A stretch of 64,000 nucleotides of DNA from Octopus vulgaris. Lineage: Eukaryota. The stretch covers positions 13,950,001 to 14,014,000 of the forward strand of contig OX597829.1 of the NCBI GenBank assembly GCA_951406725.2, read 5' to 3'. The stretch's first letter is position 1; every line of letters starts with the position of its first letter. The notes under the pieces are model-generated. The model was given only the letters and a program-made list of their open reading frames with translations, searched no databases and was not told where the DNA came from. The translations under genes and the position numbers were made by a program. Shown piece after piece: positions 45,026 through 62,263 of the stretch.

Positions 45026-46598
45026 TATAAATATCTTGGCCATCATTTCTTGTAACTCAGACTCAGGGCTTAACATTTTAACAGGGTAGCCAAAAGGTGA
45101 GAATAAATGAAAAGTAAACTGAAGGAAGGATATGTTTAAAGATGCTATCATCCCAGAGTCCCTCCCAACCGAATATTCATATAACATCAACAACAAACCT
45201 ACACCAACTACAACAACAAAACATACAAAACTTCTACAGCAACAACTACAGCTACCGCCCAAAATAACTAGGAAGGGTTATATTCTCAATAATTAAAGGG
45301 TAGACTCGATCTTGTACGGGGAGAAAATATTTATCATTCATCTTTTTCTTTTACTTTTTTTTTTGCTTTATTTTGTAAATATCATCATCATCATCATCAT
45401 CCTCCTACTCATCATCATCATCACTGTTATTATCATCTCTATTAACATCATCGAGATAATTATCAACAATGAGATAGACATTAGTTTGCCTCCTACAAGC
45501 CGTTACATTCGACATAAACACCATTTCATTTTTAATGTGGCGCTAGCGACGTTAGGAAAGGCATGAATAATAGAACATTTTTTAATTTTCTTCTGTGACT
45601 TTTTGAAATGAAAGCACTGGCGAGGTGATCGAGGAGGGGCGGACAAAATACTTTGCGGTATTTGTAACTAAGACGAATCCAAATCCCGCCGAGGTCGACT
45701 TTGCATTTCATCCTTCCACGGCCGACAAATTTAGCACCATTCAGGTATTGGAAATCAATATAATTGACCATTCCCTAAACACAATATTTCCGGCTTCATA
45801 CCTGCGTTAGAAACTATTACAGTTTTGCTGTTATTCTTATTATCGACTATAAAATGACATTTTAATGTTGGTAAATGAAGCAGACGAATAGAAACCCCAC
45901 CAAAGCCTAAATTAAACGTCACGGGTTCAGTTTTCACACAATTCTGTATGTTTCTCGTCACTTTCATTGCATATGCTACTCAGAGATGGACATTTTGTAT
46001 TTATTCACCTTTTCAAAACGTCTCAATATTGTATCCTCTGCTCCGCACACATCGCAAACATTATTTTTACAAGGAAGCATACACAATGTGTATGTACACA
46101 CACACGCACACACACATTTATTCGTTTACGTGCTTGTAGAGACACACGCAAACATTTATAAGTATGTATGTTTTTGATATTTATTTAAGTTCTTCTAATG
46201 AGGGTTCAAGACAGTCGTTAACTAAGTGACAAGACATTAAGACAATTCCGGGTATGTAAATACGTGTCAGAGTTAGGTGTGCATAAATACATGTAGTTGT
46301 ATGCACCTACATGTTTTATCTGAACTACATGTTCTGCGTCAGCATGTCTCCTTAGTAGTTAAGTGTTTCTGCGTGTGCGCGTCATTATATTTTATATATA
46401 TATTTTTATAGAAGCACACAATGAAGAGTATAATCTTTGTTTATTATATGCTACATAAACTTTAAAGTCCGATATGTGTTCATTCATATACATATATCTA
46501 AATATGGGTGTATATAAATATACATTACATATACACATATTCACATGCCTTAAGATATGCATATATACATACAGTATGTGGATGTGTCAATGAATGCA

Positions 46599-46702
<104 letters not shown>

Positions 46703-47485
46703 GTTCAATTTTATGCACAGGGTATAAAGAATTCAATGAAGTCTATGGCTTGTTATTTTAGATTTTAAATTTAAATAATCACTCGATATTTTATTATACC
46801 CTTTTTATGTAAAGGAGAATCCTGAATGTATGTGTGTGGAGAGAAACGATATGTAATTTTACAAAACAAGTTGGTCTCATAGTTGATATAGGTATCACAA
46901 CATTTACATCATCATCAACAGCAACAACAACAACGGCAACAACAGCAAAATCAATATCAATAACTGCAACAAGAATGTCAATGACAAACACACCAAATTT
47001 TTAATTAAAATTTAATTCATTTTGTGCTATAATTGTTAAAGTTCACATTGCAGTAAGAAAGTATGTTGATGTATTATGTTGCCATACATATTAATTAATT
47101 AGTAAGTTTAGAAAGTTAGTTTTTATGAAATATATTAAACTCAAAATATTTTATGTTGTCTATTTCCATTCTTCCTCCAAAATCAATTAAAATAAATAAG
47201 TAACTGTCCTGCCTCTTCATTTCAAACAAGTTTGTAATTTACCACCAAAGGGCCCTTTCAATCCTTGTTTCTATTAGCTACAATTTATAAAAGTATTTCA
47301 GAAATATTCTTCAGGTATTCTTGCCATTTAAATAATACCAACGATGCGAGAAACATTTACATATTTGCCATACAAACTAGAAATAAAATCCAGAAATCTC
47401 GAATAACACATCTTAATATCTTTAAGCAAAACATAATACGTACACATTAAATAGACACACACACACATATATACACACATACATA

Positions 47486-47547
<62 letters not shown>

Positions 47548-47609
47548 GAGAGAGAGAGACAGACAGACATATACAGACATATATACAGACATATAGAATA
47601 AATAATAGG

Positions 47610-47715
47610 GTTACAAAGAATAAATTCTGGGGTCGATTTCATCGACTAAAATGCGGTGCTGCAGCATAGCCGTAGTCAAATGATTTAAACGTGTAGAAGA
47701 ATAAAAGAATAAAAG
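47610..47715 (+). mobile_element. SINE family A, 3' end
   Basis: GGGGTCGATTT...GCGGTGCTGCAGCATAGCCGTAGTCAAATGA...(AAGAATAA)n tail. Confidence 0.7.
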
Positions 47716-48446
47716 AATATGTATGTATATATGTGTGGTTATACATATATGTATGTATATGTATATATGTATATATATAACTGTGAATATATGCATGTGT
47801 GTGTGTGTGTGTACGCATACATACATGCATATTGTCGCTCCTCTCTAAGTTTAAGTTTCTCAATTATCCAAACTGTTTTAAGTTGCTTTTCCTTTATTTG
47901 TAATACAAACGTTCAACAATCCATATATCTGTGTATATATATATATGCTTGTGAGTGTGTGTGTACGCGCGCGCGTGTGTGTGTGTATCATGCACGTACT
48001 TATGTATATACAACACAGGTATATTTAAATATACAAAGCGTAAGAGTTTTCTTTAATATAATTAACACTTCAGATTACGTTAGTAATAGATTCACTACAG
48101 GAAAATAATTGATAACTTTCTTTTGTCACTTTCATACATTTGCTGTCTTAGTTATATAATTTATCAAAAAGGGTTAAATGCTGTAATTTGTCTGGTTATT
48201 TTACATGTTTCCCTAAAAATTTGACACAATCAATTTAGCTCTGTAACTTACCAAACATTCGTCAATCTTATCTACCCAGCTCGAAGCTCAGTAAGTTCAC
48301 TTAAAACCAGCACCATGAATTTGACCAACGAATTACTAATTGTGCTAGTTAATTTCTAGTAATGAAGGATGACTCTGCAGAGTCGAGCTGCATACATAGA
48401 CATATATATACATATGTATGTACACAAACAGATACACATGCTTGTG

Positions 48447-48521
<75 letters not shown>

Positions 48522-48594
48522 ACATCTATCTATATATACATATATATCAGCGCGCGCAAACTCACACACATATATGCCTATATGTGCGTGTGAT

Positions 48595-48641
<47 letters not shown>

Positions 48642-49163
48642 CATATACACACACATAGATATTGTCTCCAATATAAAATAGCTTCACATTTAGAAGATAA
48701 GCATTAAACACGGATTCAATATTCAATAGAAACATTACTTTATACGTAAAAAAAAAAATCAGTATTATTATTATTACTAATATTATTAATGAGCGGTGTG
48801 GGCTGTAAGTTAAAAAAATTCGTGTGAGAAAAAATGGTTGGCTGTACTGGAATTGTCCGGTATGGTTTTCAACCCGGCGTCAATAGGTTTGTCATATTAT
48901 TAATATTTATCATCATTAATATTTATTATTGTTGTTTGAAAGCTTTGTAGTTTCGAAGTGTTTTACTTAAAGGGCTTAAATGGTCAAATATTTGTCAATG
49001 CGTTGATGCTAGTGTTGGAATATGATGAAGAATTTTTATTGCTTCTGAAGGTTTTAAGCCAAATTTTAATTCAAAATCTTCAGGATACATTATTTCTTTC
49101 AGCAACCAGTGTATAAATTTACATTTAACTTTACACACACAAATATGTGCGTCTGTGTGTGTA

Positions 49164-49227
<64 letters not shown>

Positions 49228-49618
49228 CATAGATAGAGAGAGAGAATCATATACATAAATGTGTATGTGGTACGTGTGTATGTGTATGCGCGTGCGTGCG
49301 TGTGTTTGTATGTATTTGCGTGTATGTGTGTGTGCGGAACATAAAATAGGCGTTGGTGGGTATACATAGACATTCATAAACATTCACCAAGCTTCGCAGT
49401 TATTTTGATGATATATTTTAGCTGCAGGTGAAATCTAGTCGAGCAAATATTGAAGCAAAGATGCTACGGCTATATGAAGTGTATATCTAGCAGCACTTTA
49501 TTCGGCGTAGCTTTCTCGTTTAAGGAAGGTAGGTTAAAATACTGAATTTAGCTATCATAACTGGCAGCTCATACAACCTTCCTTCTCGCTCCCATTTTTC
49601 TTTCTTTCTCTCTATTAC

Positions 49619-49649
<31 letters not shown>

Positions 49650-50186
49650 CACACGCGAACATGCACACACACACACACTTAGAATACTGTTTATAATATA
49701 AAATCAAATATTGAAAATTTTGATAATTTTTAACAGAAACGGCTTGTTCCTTGATACATTAACAATGAACATCATAAATAATCATCACCATTATCATTAT
49801 CATCACATCATCATCATCATCATAAATGTCATCATCACCATCATCATTTTCTTCATCACCAATTTCATCATCATTGTCGTCGTCTGCATCTTCGTTATTC
49901 CTCTTAGGAAATTTTGCCACTAGAGTATATATGTATAGAGAGATATATATTTGGGCGGTATTTGTACTTGTACCTTTAATTATACTTATCATTCCCCTTA
50001 TTTCACTTGTTTTTTTTTATTTTTACTCTTATTTTTACTTTTATTTTTATTTTTAAAGATGCAAAAAGTAATCTCGAATCACATATCTATCCTAAACCTG
50101 TCCCACTTCCTACAAACAAACACAACCCATTTACAAGTCAATACACAATACATTTTCGCCCTTACACCGTTGAATATACATGCATA

Positions 50187-50275
<89 letters not shown>

Positions 50276-50693
50276 CCATACATATATATGCATGTATACG
50301 AATATACATTTATAATGAAATTTTAAAGAAAAACTGATCACCGCAACCCGAAATTTGGAAATTTGAACAATTTACCTAACGCTGAATATATAAATATATA
50401 TGTGTATATAGTATACATATATTATACATATATATTGAAAGAAAAATGTATTACTTCAAACGAAAGAACTCAAAAGACAATTGTTTTCCTTTTTTTTTTA
50501 TTTGAGACATAAAAACTGAGAAAATTTTTAAACATTTAAAATGCCATACAAAAACATTACAAAAATATATAACACTAACATTTGCATGAATGTGTGATGT
50601 GTAATGATATATATTTGTGTGTACGTGTGTATGTGTGTACATGCGCATTTAAGTGTGGATATATACACGTATCGATGTATACCATACATATTC

Positions 50694-50734
<41 letters not shown>

Positions 50735-50929
50735 TATATATGTGTTCGTGTGTATATATACGTGCGGACAATTGTTTTGAGAAGATTTATGCCGAACTTT
50801 TGAATTGTAAAATACTCGTGTGAAGTCGTGGCTCACTGGCTACCTTCCTCCTTTTGGCAATTCAGATACAATAGGAATTTTTACATACATTTACGAGCTT
50901 ATCCGTTTATATATATATGTGTATACATA

Positions 50930-50974
<45 letters not shown>

Positions 50975-51976
50975 AACCTGCTATTTTCATCTTCGTGTAA
51001 CATCATTCTTATATATATGTATATACATATATACGCACGTGTGTGTGTGTGTGTGTGTGTGTGCATAAGTATATGTGGGTCTGTATGTCATGAATGAATG
51101 CAAATGCCTGAATGTGTAAGACAAAGAGACACGGATGCGTGTACAGTGCAGCAATTCAAGTATATATTTTCATACATCACATCAACTTCACACTTGCAGA
51201 CACACAGTCATATACTGCACGCTCGGAAGTTCACATCCTTTCACACACACTCACACATACATACATGTGTTCATATACACACATAGATATACATACATAC
51301 ATATATATACATACATACATACATATATGTATGTATTTATATATGTGTATATCTATACATCTATATTTATGCATATATATGAAATCACTTGGAAAGGCAT
51401 TCACAGGCATCCTCATATACGCATACAAATAAGCATATATCTCACTATTAGAGACAGGTCGGTACAGCAACCCAACCCGTGAAATGTAGTAAATATACAG
51501 ATATCGAAAAAAAAATGAAAACAAGGAGATAAAAAACAAAACACACACAAATGCACAAGCATATCAACGCTAGAAGATAAAATGTATACATCAACTGCAT
51601 ACATGTATGAGTTCTTTTTTTATGTATAATAAGTATATATGGGTGTTTATAATTTTTTTCTCTTTGCGTGTATATATAAAATCGGAATGTTGTTTTGATC
51701 TGAAAGGTTCTTTAAAAATAAATTACGTTTCAAATGGTGATATATACTTTTTGTTTTTCTTTATGTTATATATTCAATGTCCAGTTTATGTGCATACATA
51801 TAAATATGTATGTGTGTGTGTCTATATATATATATATACATATATTAAGCTGTATATCTACATGGCTATATATATGTATATATATATGCATGTACATGTA
51901 TGTATATATATACATACATATATATACATGCACATGTATGTATATACATATATATATGTGTCTGTGTGAATGTGTA

Positions 51977-52028
<52 letters not shown>

Positions 52029-52352
52029 ATGTATGAATGTATGTATGTACGTATGTATACACACCCACTCGGTTCAGTTACATACCGATTATTGTACATC
52101 TGCTTCGAATATTGATCAACGTAACATATATTTAACAGCGTGATCAATGTAACATATTTGAATATTTGTGTGTGTCTTTAACTGTGTGTACTATATTTTA
52201 TGCATTTATGATTATCATATGTATGTGTATGTACATTTACGTGTCTATATGGGCACGCACATAAGGGGACACACACGCACACACAGTGTGTGTTTATATA
52301 TATATATATGTTTGTATGTGTGTGTGTATTTACATGTGAACACATGCGCGCG

Positions 52353-52390
<38 letters not shown>

Positions 52391-52547
52391 CATATGCACA
52401 CATGTTCGAAATGCGGAGTAAATAGACAGCCGACAACTGATAAAGGGATTTTTTTCTGTGTTTACTTGTCCTGCTTTCCATTTTTCTCGTTGTTTACGTA
52501 TTTAACTCGTTTGTTTATGTATTTCATATTATTTGCACTGTTATATA

Positions 52548-52621
<74 letters not shown>

Positions 52622-52909
52622 CATTATTATTATTATTATTATTATTATCATTACTATTATTATTATTATCATTATTATTATTACTATTATTATTAGTATC
52701 ATATATATATATAACAAAACAGGAAGCTGTTTTTTGGGGTATTCACCATTACATGTGTTTCATTTCGTCAATGGAATTACTATGTTTTACATGCTAGATA
52801 GACATGTAAATAATTCCAATCAGAAATTCTTCAGACAGAAATTCTTCAGGGCTGCACACAGACAGGACACAATTACAAGGTAGAGCTCTTCTTTTGGGGG
52901 TAAAAGAAT

Positions 52910-52971
<62 letters not shown>

Positions 52972-53040
52972 CAGACATATAGAGATAGAATGATAGATAG
53001 ACAGATAGATAGAGATAGACAGGCAGACAGGCAGGCAAGC

Positions 53041-53084
<44 letters not shown>

Positions 53085-53110
53085 GAATAGATAGATAGAT
53101 ATATATATAT

Positions 53111-53143
<33 letters not shown>

Positions 53144-53212
53144 CAGACAGATAGAGATAGAATGATAGATAGACAGCTAGATAGAGATAGACAGGCAGAC
53201 AGGCAAGCAAGC

Positions 53213-53303
<91 letters not shown>

Positions 53304-54368
53304 AATGTTGATAATAGTATATTGCATAGTGAAATATATTTGAAAATGTGACGTTAAATTTTGTCGTGAATGCATGATTGATTGGAGTGATATATTTCCT
53401 CTGATGGCTTTCCGTTGACATCCTATTCATCTCGTCAATTTTCAATGACATTGAAAGTCACTATGGAAAACTACTCATATTTATCTACTACATCATACAT
53501 GTTATATATTTGTCATTATTTTTATTTTTTGTTATTATTGTTAATCCTCTCACTACTATTAATATTATTGCTGTTATTAGAATTATTATCTTCATTATTT
53601 ATGTTATTTATTGTTGCCATTATTACTGAGATTGTGAAGGAAAATAACTTTCAGTAAATCTTCCGGCTCTTAATGTTCTAAGTTCAAACCTCGCTGAATC
53701 CAACTTCGTCTTTTTTTCCTTTCGAGACGATAAAATAATGTAATTAATTAAGTTGTGAGTCAACGCCCTCAGCTAATCCTCTCTCCACAAAATTTTGTTG
53801 GCCCATACGCTCTGAGTTCCACTTCCATCGTGGTTGACTTTGCTTTTCGAGTTTTGAGGGTCGATAAAATTTGTACCACTGTGGTCGATGTATTCGACTA
53901 CTTACCTCCACCAATTTTCAGGCCTGCTGCTTAAAATATAAAGGATTGTTATATGTATATACATATATATGTATGTTGGCAGAATTGTTAGCGCGCCAAA
54001 CAAAATGTTTAGCAGTATTTTGTGCATATTTGTGTTCTCAATTCAAATTCCGACAGGGTATACTTTGGCTTTCGTCCTTTCAGGGCCGATGAAGTAAGTA
54101 ACAGCTAATATTATGGATAAAGGGTCGTTGTAATCAAATAGAACCTCCACAAAACTTACAAACTTTTATGTATGCAGATATATATAACCCTCCTGCTTCC
54201 CTTCTTTCCTGAGCGTCCAATAATACTTTACTTGTTCCATATCCTTGCGTTGTTGTCTTTTTGTTTTCTTGTTTGGATTAACTTAATATATATATATATA
54301 TATATATACCTATTCAATATATATATATATATATATACATATTCAATATATACATATGTATATATATA

Positions 54369-54783
54369 TACTCTTTTACTCTTTTACTCATTTACTTGTT
54401 TCAGTCATTTGACTGCGGCCATGCTGGAGCACCGCCTTTCGTCGAGCAAATCGACCCCGGGACTTATTCTTTGTAAGCCCAGTACTTATTCTATCGGTCT
54501 CTTTTGCCGAACCGCTAAGTGACGGGGACGTAAACACACCAGCATCGGTTGTCAAGCAATGCTAGGGTAGGGGGACAAACACAGACACACAAACACACAC
54601 GCACATATATATATATACATATATACGACAAGCTTCTTTCAGTTTCAGTCTACCAAATCCACTCACAAGGCATTGGTCGGCCCGGGGCTATAGCAAAAGA
54701 AATTTGCCCAAGATGCCACGCAGTGGGACTGAACCCGGAACCATGTGGTTGGTTAGCAAGCTACTTGCCACACAGCCGCTCCT
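54369..54783 (-). mobile_element. SINE family A, near full length
   Basis: High similarity to the reverse complement of 33319-33761. Confidence 0.9.
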
Positions 54784-54891
54784 ATATATATATAGTTAAT
54801 CCAAACAAGAAAACACAAAAAAACACAACGACGGAAGGACGTGGAACAAGTATAGTATTATTGGATGCTCAGGAAAGAAGGGAAGAAGGAG

Positions 54892-54928
54892 GGTTTAACG
54901 TTTCGAGCGGAGCTCTTCTTCGGAAACA
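54892..54928 (-). ncRNA. Minimal type I hammerhead-like motif inside a probable Penelope-like fragment (~54795-55000)
   Basis: Minus strand GTTT-CCGAAGA-A-GAGC-TCC-GCTC-GAAAC-GTT-AAAC has stem I, stem II and a loop-less palindromic helix III (AACGTT). Core U4 is C. Confidence 0.5.
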
Positions 54929-55000
54929 TAGGAGAAGGAAAGATCCCGAGAAGGGAAGACAGAGGAAAAAAATCGCCAACGGTACACACGAGGTCACATT

Positions 55001-55083
<83 letters not shown>

Positions 55084-55206
55084 CCTGTTCGCTTAGCCAG
55101 CGGGGTGGCGTCACTTGAAGGGTAAAACAATGCAAAGCGCATTGTGACCAGCGATGTGTAGCAACATATGGTAGCCTGGTCGGTCACGGTGATCACGGTG
55201 ATATAT

Positions 55207-55245
<39 letters not shown>

Positions 55246-55303
55246 CATACATACGTACATACATACATACATACATACATACATACATACATACATACAT
55301 ACA

Positions 55304-55336
<33 letters not shown>

Positions 55337-55678
55337 TACTCTTTACTCTCCTTTACACTTTTACTTGTTTCGACCCCAGAACTTATTCTTTGTAAGCCTA
55401 GTACTTATTCTATCGGTCACTTTTGCGTAAACACACCTGCATCGGGGGCAAACACAGACACACAAGCATACACACACACATACACACATATATATATATA
55501 TACATATACATGTACATATATACGACGGGTATATATAGAGAGATAGATGCATATCTATATAGATACATATACTTATATATACATGTATATATATAAATAC
55601 ACACACGCACACACAAACACTTATATATATGTATATATATATATATATAGTTATAAAATGAGATAGGGGTTGTAAATT

Positions 55679-55734
<56 letters not shown>

Positions 55735-55751
55735 TAGATAGATAGATAGAT

Positions 55752-55814
<63 letters not shown>

Positions 55815-55816
<2 letters not shown>

Positions 55817-56466
55817 AAACTTAGATATGTTTCGGCCAAAGATTGGTCCAGGCCATGTCTAACTTAATAGCACCACCTGATAGGATTATTCGAATCCTGT
55901 TTAAGACAAGTTTTGTTTATGGTCCATTCAAGTAGTGAGTTTTTGTTGGGTGAGTTGTATCCAATTATGGGTGGCTTATCTGGTATTCTTTGAAGGAATC
56001 TATCCAGACTCCGTTTAAAGTTGATTGGATCCTTTACCTCTTTGATCTCCCTCGGGACAATGTTAAATAGGGCAGGGCCTGTTGATGAAAAGAAATTATG
56101 TTGCTGTGTACATGTATGCTGTGATCTTGAATTGGGCAGGGGACGTATGGCCCGTGGTCCCAGTCTTGGATGAACCTTGAAGCTAATGTTAAGGTTGTTT
56201 GGGCAAAGTTGGCGGTATATTCTCCACATCGTACAAATGATGTACCGCTCACGGCGACGCTGGAGAGAGTAAAGTTTCAAGGCTTTAAGGCGATCCCAAT
56301 AATCGAGAGCAGCCATGCCTTCAATTCGTTTAGTGAGTGCCCTCTGGGGTGACTCAATCCTCGAGATGTTTTGTCTTGTATGGGGAGACCACAGTGGGCA
56401 GCAGTATTCGAGGTGTGGCCGTACAAAGGAGGAGAAAAGTGGTATGATGACACCTTGTTCTCTGGA
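55815..56466 (-). mobile_element. 5'-truncated CR1/L2-group LINE (ORF2 C-terminus plus 3' UTR)
   Basis: One open frame 56466-55864: ...FVRPHLEYCCPLWSPH...QRALTKRIEGMAALDYWDRLKALKLYSLQRRRERY...FKRSLDRFLQRIPDKP, the typical post-RT motifs of this group. Confidence 0.88.
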
Positions 56467-56487
56467 TTATATTTATATATATGTATT

Positions 56488-56545
<58 letters not shown>

Positions 56546-56925
56546 AAGGAGGAAAAAATATACAAGTGCATTACGCAAGATATATCGTAACCAATTCAAA
56601 ATAATTTACGAATATATCAGTCGCCAGAACACGCAATCAAAAACTTTTTTCATAAAAGAAGAATGTATAATTGTGAATAGATCACAGTTATGACGGAGAG
56701 GGTTATAAAAGCCCATTCATGCCTAGAAATAGCAGTCAAAACTGCTGTAAAGCCATTATAACCACTCATATCTCCTCAACAAGAAAGTTTTATTTCATGT
56801 CTCTTAACGACACCGACAGCTTTTATGGTCGAGGAGATATAATATATAATATATATATACATATGAACGGCAACGAGAAACTCAGAGTAACAGATTTTGT
56901 TGAATTTTCTGCTACTTAAAATAAA

Positions 56926-57001
<76 letters not shown>

Positions 57002-57386
57002 ATATATATGTATGTATATATGTATGTATGTATGTATGTATGCATGTATGTATATACATATATACACATATATATATATTATATTTATATACACACACAC
57101 ATATATATATATGTGTATGTATATATATGTACATATATGTGTGTGTGTGTGTATGCATATATCTACGTGTGTGTCTTTGTGTTAGCATATGTCCCACCTC
57201 GACCAGCTTGACAACCAGTTTTCTTTTTTATTTCTTTATACGTCCCCGAAATTTAGTTGTTTGGCGAAAAGACACCGATAGAATGAGTATCAGACTTTAA
57301 AATAAAATAAGTGCTGGGCTTTATTCATTCAACTAATCCCTTCAAACCAGATACATATACACATGTAAAAATATATGTGTGTGTGG

Positions 57387-57432
<46 letters not shown>

Positions 57433-57666
57433 TTATTTATATATATATATACATATATATATACATATATATATACATATAATATATAATATATATACGC
57501 ACATATATATATATCTTTATATACATACTTATATGTATATATATATTAGTTATATATATATGTATATATATATATATACATATATATGTGTGTGTGTGTG
57601 AGTGAGTGTGTGTGTATATATATAAAGAGAGAGAGAGAGAAACAGACAGATAGACTGACAGATAGG

Positions 57667-57708
<42 letters not shown>

Positions 57709-59361
57709 TCATATATATATATTTACAGAGAGAGGGTGGAGGAGGTAGAGAGGCGAAAGAGAAAATAATATGTATTTAAGATAAATATTTAGATAACCAC
57801 ATATAGATATCAGTAAATCTGAGAGAAAAATAGGACGCACTGTTTTACGGCATTTAGTTTTGTCCCTCTCCATTCTAGATTCAAATCGTTGCAGGATTTG
57901 CACTTTAGTTTATTATGCTTTTAAAGAATCAAATTTCTACCAGTAATTTACTATGGCCGGAATCCTTATATAACTTTACTCAAGTATAACCGTAGTCTCA
58001 TAAAACTGAAAATTGGTGGACCAATTTACAAATGAACTTAAACAAAGAAAGCCGATGACTCGCATGTTTTTCATAAAATTGTAGCGCAATGTCCCTCAAA
58101 TTTCACATAGAGTAACACTCGTAACGAGCGACACATTAGTTAATGCAATATACCCTGCAGTCTACAATATACTTGAAAGTATCAGAATTGTCACACTGGA
58201 TCTACTTATACGAGTATTGATGACTGTAGCGCTAAACAAGAACAATAACAAATTCATCTATTATTCAATTTTTGTTCTTAGTGTTTTTTTCTTTCATTAA
58301 TTTCTTTTTATTACTAAAGTTTTTGAAATAATGGACAATTCGGAGGTGAGTTGATTGCGTGAATGTTGAATCTTATACCTCGCTATTTCCTACGATCAGA
58401 ATATTTAAGTGTAACAGTAAACTGGAACGATTCGTTATTGCTGAAAAAAAATGTCGTTATTGAAATTTTAAGGAATGTCCCTAATACGCTTGTATTGCAT
58501 AGTTCAAATTCTCTTCCGGAAAAAAAATGGTATACGTATTTATTTATTCTACGTTAAATTATTTATACATTCGGAAGTTTATAAAACAAGTATTAGCAAT
58601 ACACTACAGCTGATGCAACCAATCGTGCCTTACCTTCTTTACAAGAAGTGTTCTTAACCAAGCTAATGCAAAAAGCCCTTAGCTAGTCGCACAAAATACT
58701 AGAAACAACAGTTAGATCGCATCCAAATTACAAACTACTAACTTATATAAAGAGAGGATACATTAGATAACGTAGTTGTGCATATAGATTAAAAAAAGGT
58801 AATGGTCGATGCTAGAATACCTTAGTTCCTAAGTCTACTAAATCAACGTTCATCTGAAGCTAAAGAGCAACAACGGCCTGATCAAGTTAACAAATATGCA
58901 TCAAATACATAAAATGATGGTTTGCCAAACAAGAACCTTCACAAATTTAAACTTGAGGTAAGTTTTCAAAATTCTTTATAAGAAGAATGGTTAAATGCAT
59001 TGTCTGTCAAATATAATAATATTATGCAATAATACGAATATCGTTAGTATCACTGCTTGTAAATGTTTCATGGAATATAAAACAGTAATAAATAGATTAA
59101 GATATATACTATCTTATATAAAATAATGCATACAGCTGTATGTGTATATGAAATTATATATGTATATATAAAATATGCTATGTAGATATATTGTGTTTGT
59201 GTGTATGTGTCTGCGCGTATGCGTATGTATACCATATAAATACTGTCTCATGTATAAATATGCATGTATGTATCTATATGAAATAAACTTAGATATGCCA
59301 AGCTTATAAACATCTTAGATACACACACTCACACGCATACATATCTATCAATCTATCTATT

Positions 59362-59925
<564 letters not shown>

Positions 59926-60257
59926 TGAGGAAACAAGTATAAAGAATATATATATGTACTACATACATACATACATACATACATACATACATACATACAT
60001 ACATACGTACGTACATACATACATACATACATACATACATACATACATACATACATACATACATACATACGTACGTACATACATACATACATACATACAT
60101 ACATACATACATACATACGTACGTACGTACATACATACATACATACATACATACATACATACATACATACACATACATACATACATACATACATACATAC
60201 ATACATACATACATACATACATACATACATACATACATACATACATACATACATACA

Positions 60258-60288
<31 letters not shown>

Positions 60289-60502
60289 GTGTGCGTAAGT
60301 GGTATTAGATATAGCGGGAGTTTGATCATTTAAACAGTTTCGAGACATTCACGAGCGGTATTCAGCCTGTAGGGCGAATGAACAATGAAGATAACAAACA
60401 GAATTTGACCCTGCTTCCATTTCTATGTTTCAAGTTCAGTCATTGCGCTTGTGAGTAGGCCTGCATTCAAATTAATACTCCCCTATACGCTCCCTTTTTA
60501 GT

Positions 60503-60577
<75 letters not shown>

Positions 60578-60590
60578 ACATATACATACA

Positions 60591-60816
60591 TTACTCTTTT
60601 ACTCTTTTACTTGTTTCAGTCATTTGACAGCGGCCATGCTGGAGCACCGCCTTTGGTCGAGCAAATCGACCCCGGGACTTATTCCTTGTAAGCCCAGTAC
60701 TTATTCTATCGGTCTCTTTTGCCGAACCGCTAAGTGACGGGGTCGTAAACACACCAGCACCGGTTGTCAAGCAATGCTAGAGGGACAAACACAGACACAC
60801 ATAAATATACACACAC

Positions 60817-60862
<46 letters not shown>

Positions 60863-61026
60863 ATGACAGGCTTCTTTCAGTTTCCGTCTACCAAATCCAC
60901 CCTACGGCTTTGGTCGGCCCGAGGCTATAGCAGAAGACACTTGCCCAAGATGCCACGCAGTGGGACTGAACCCGGAACCATGTGGTTGGTTAGCAAGCTA
61001 CTTACCACACAACCACTCCTGCGCCT
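60591..61026 (-). mobile_element. SINE family A, full length
   Basis: Runs from tail to head, ending ...CTCCTGCGCCT; near-identical to the 54369 and 61295 copies. Confidence 0.92.
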
Positions 61027-61294
61027 ATATATATATAAATATAATATATATATATATATATATATATTTGTATGTATGCATTTATGTATGTACATATGTA
61101 GGTATCTATGTAGTAGTGTATGCACCTATGTATATATGAAAGCATGTATGTATACATACCTCTTGTGTCGTCTTTTGCATACCCAAAAGGACTCATATAT
61201 AATTGTACAAGATCGAAGTACGCCCAGTTTGCCACAAACGGATCGACTTCGTCATATATGTATACGTGTGTTTATATAGAAACATACATGTATA

Positions 61295-61706
61295 TACTCT
61301 TTTACTCTTTTACTTGTTTCAGTCATTTGACTGCGGCTATGCTGGAGCACCGCCTTTAATCGAGCAACTCGACCCCGGGACTTATTCTTTTTTATAAGCC
61401 CAGTACTTATTCTATCGGTCTCTTTTTGCCGAACCGCTAGGTGACGGGGACATCAGCACAACAGCACCGGTTGTTAAGCGATGCTAAGGGGACAAACACA
61501 GACACACAAACACACACACGCATATATACAAATACATATATACGACAGGCTTCTTTCAGTTTCCGTCTACCAAATCCACTCACAAGGCATTGGTCGGCCC
61601 GAGGCTATAGTAGAAGACACTTGCCCAAGGTGCCACGCAGTGGGACTGAACCCGGAACCATGTGGTTGGTAAACAAGCTACTTACTACACAGACACTCCT
61701 GCGCCT
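61295..61706 (-). mobile_element. SINE family A, full length
   Basis: Same structure as the 60591 copy, ending ...CTCCTGCGCCT. Confidence 0.92.
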
Positions 61707-62263
61707 ATGTATATCAACATACATACGTATGCACCCACACATGGAAACACGCACACATACACACACAAACATTCACAACAGCACACACTCATACACACAC
61801 ACACACAACATTAATCTGTCTTTTTCCACACCAGCTATACAGAAACAAGTAAAAACGGAATCATCCAGATATTGCGGAACTTTTACCAGAAGGTAAATAT
61901 ACATATTTTTCCTTTATATGCATACATACATACATGCATGGATATATATATATATTTGATACGTGCCAACGCACGAAACTCTCGGACATTAAGTTACTTT
62001 GTTACTTCTGCTAAATATATATATATGTATTTATTTATATTTATATATACATACATATATACATACATACATAAATATACATTTGATTGCATGGAATAAG
62101 TTATAATTAAATGTTTTGTTCACTAGATGTATATATATTTCTGTCAAATGAATTGAGGTATTTTATGTGAGGCTCATATATGCCTACATACAACACACAC
62201 AAACACGCGTGCGCGCTCGCACACACTTACACACACACATATAAGCGTATAACTATGAACATA

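Noticed and set aside
52907-53300. Higher-order duplication inside a (TAGA)n compound repeat
   Set aside because: Ordinary slippage or unequal exchange within a microsatellite.
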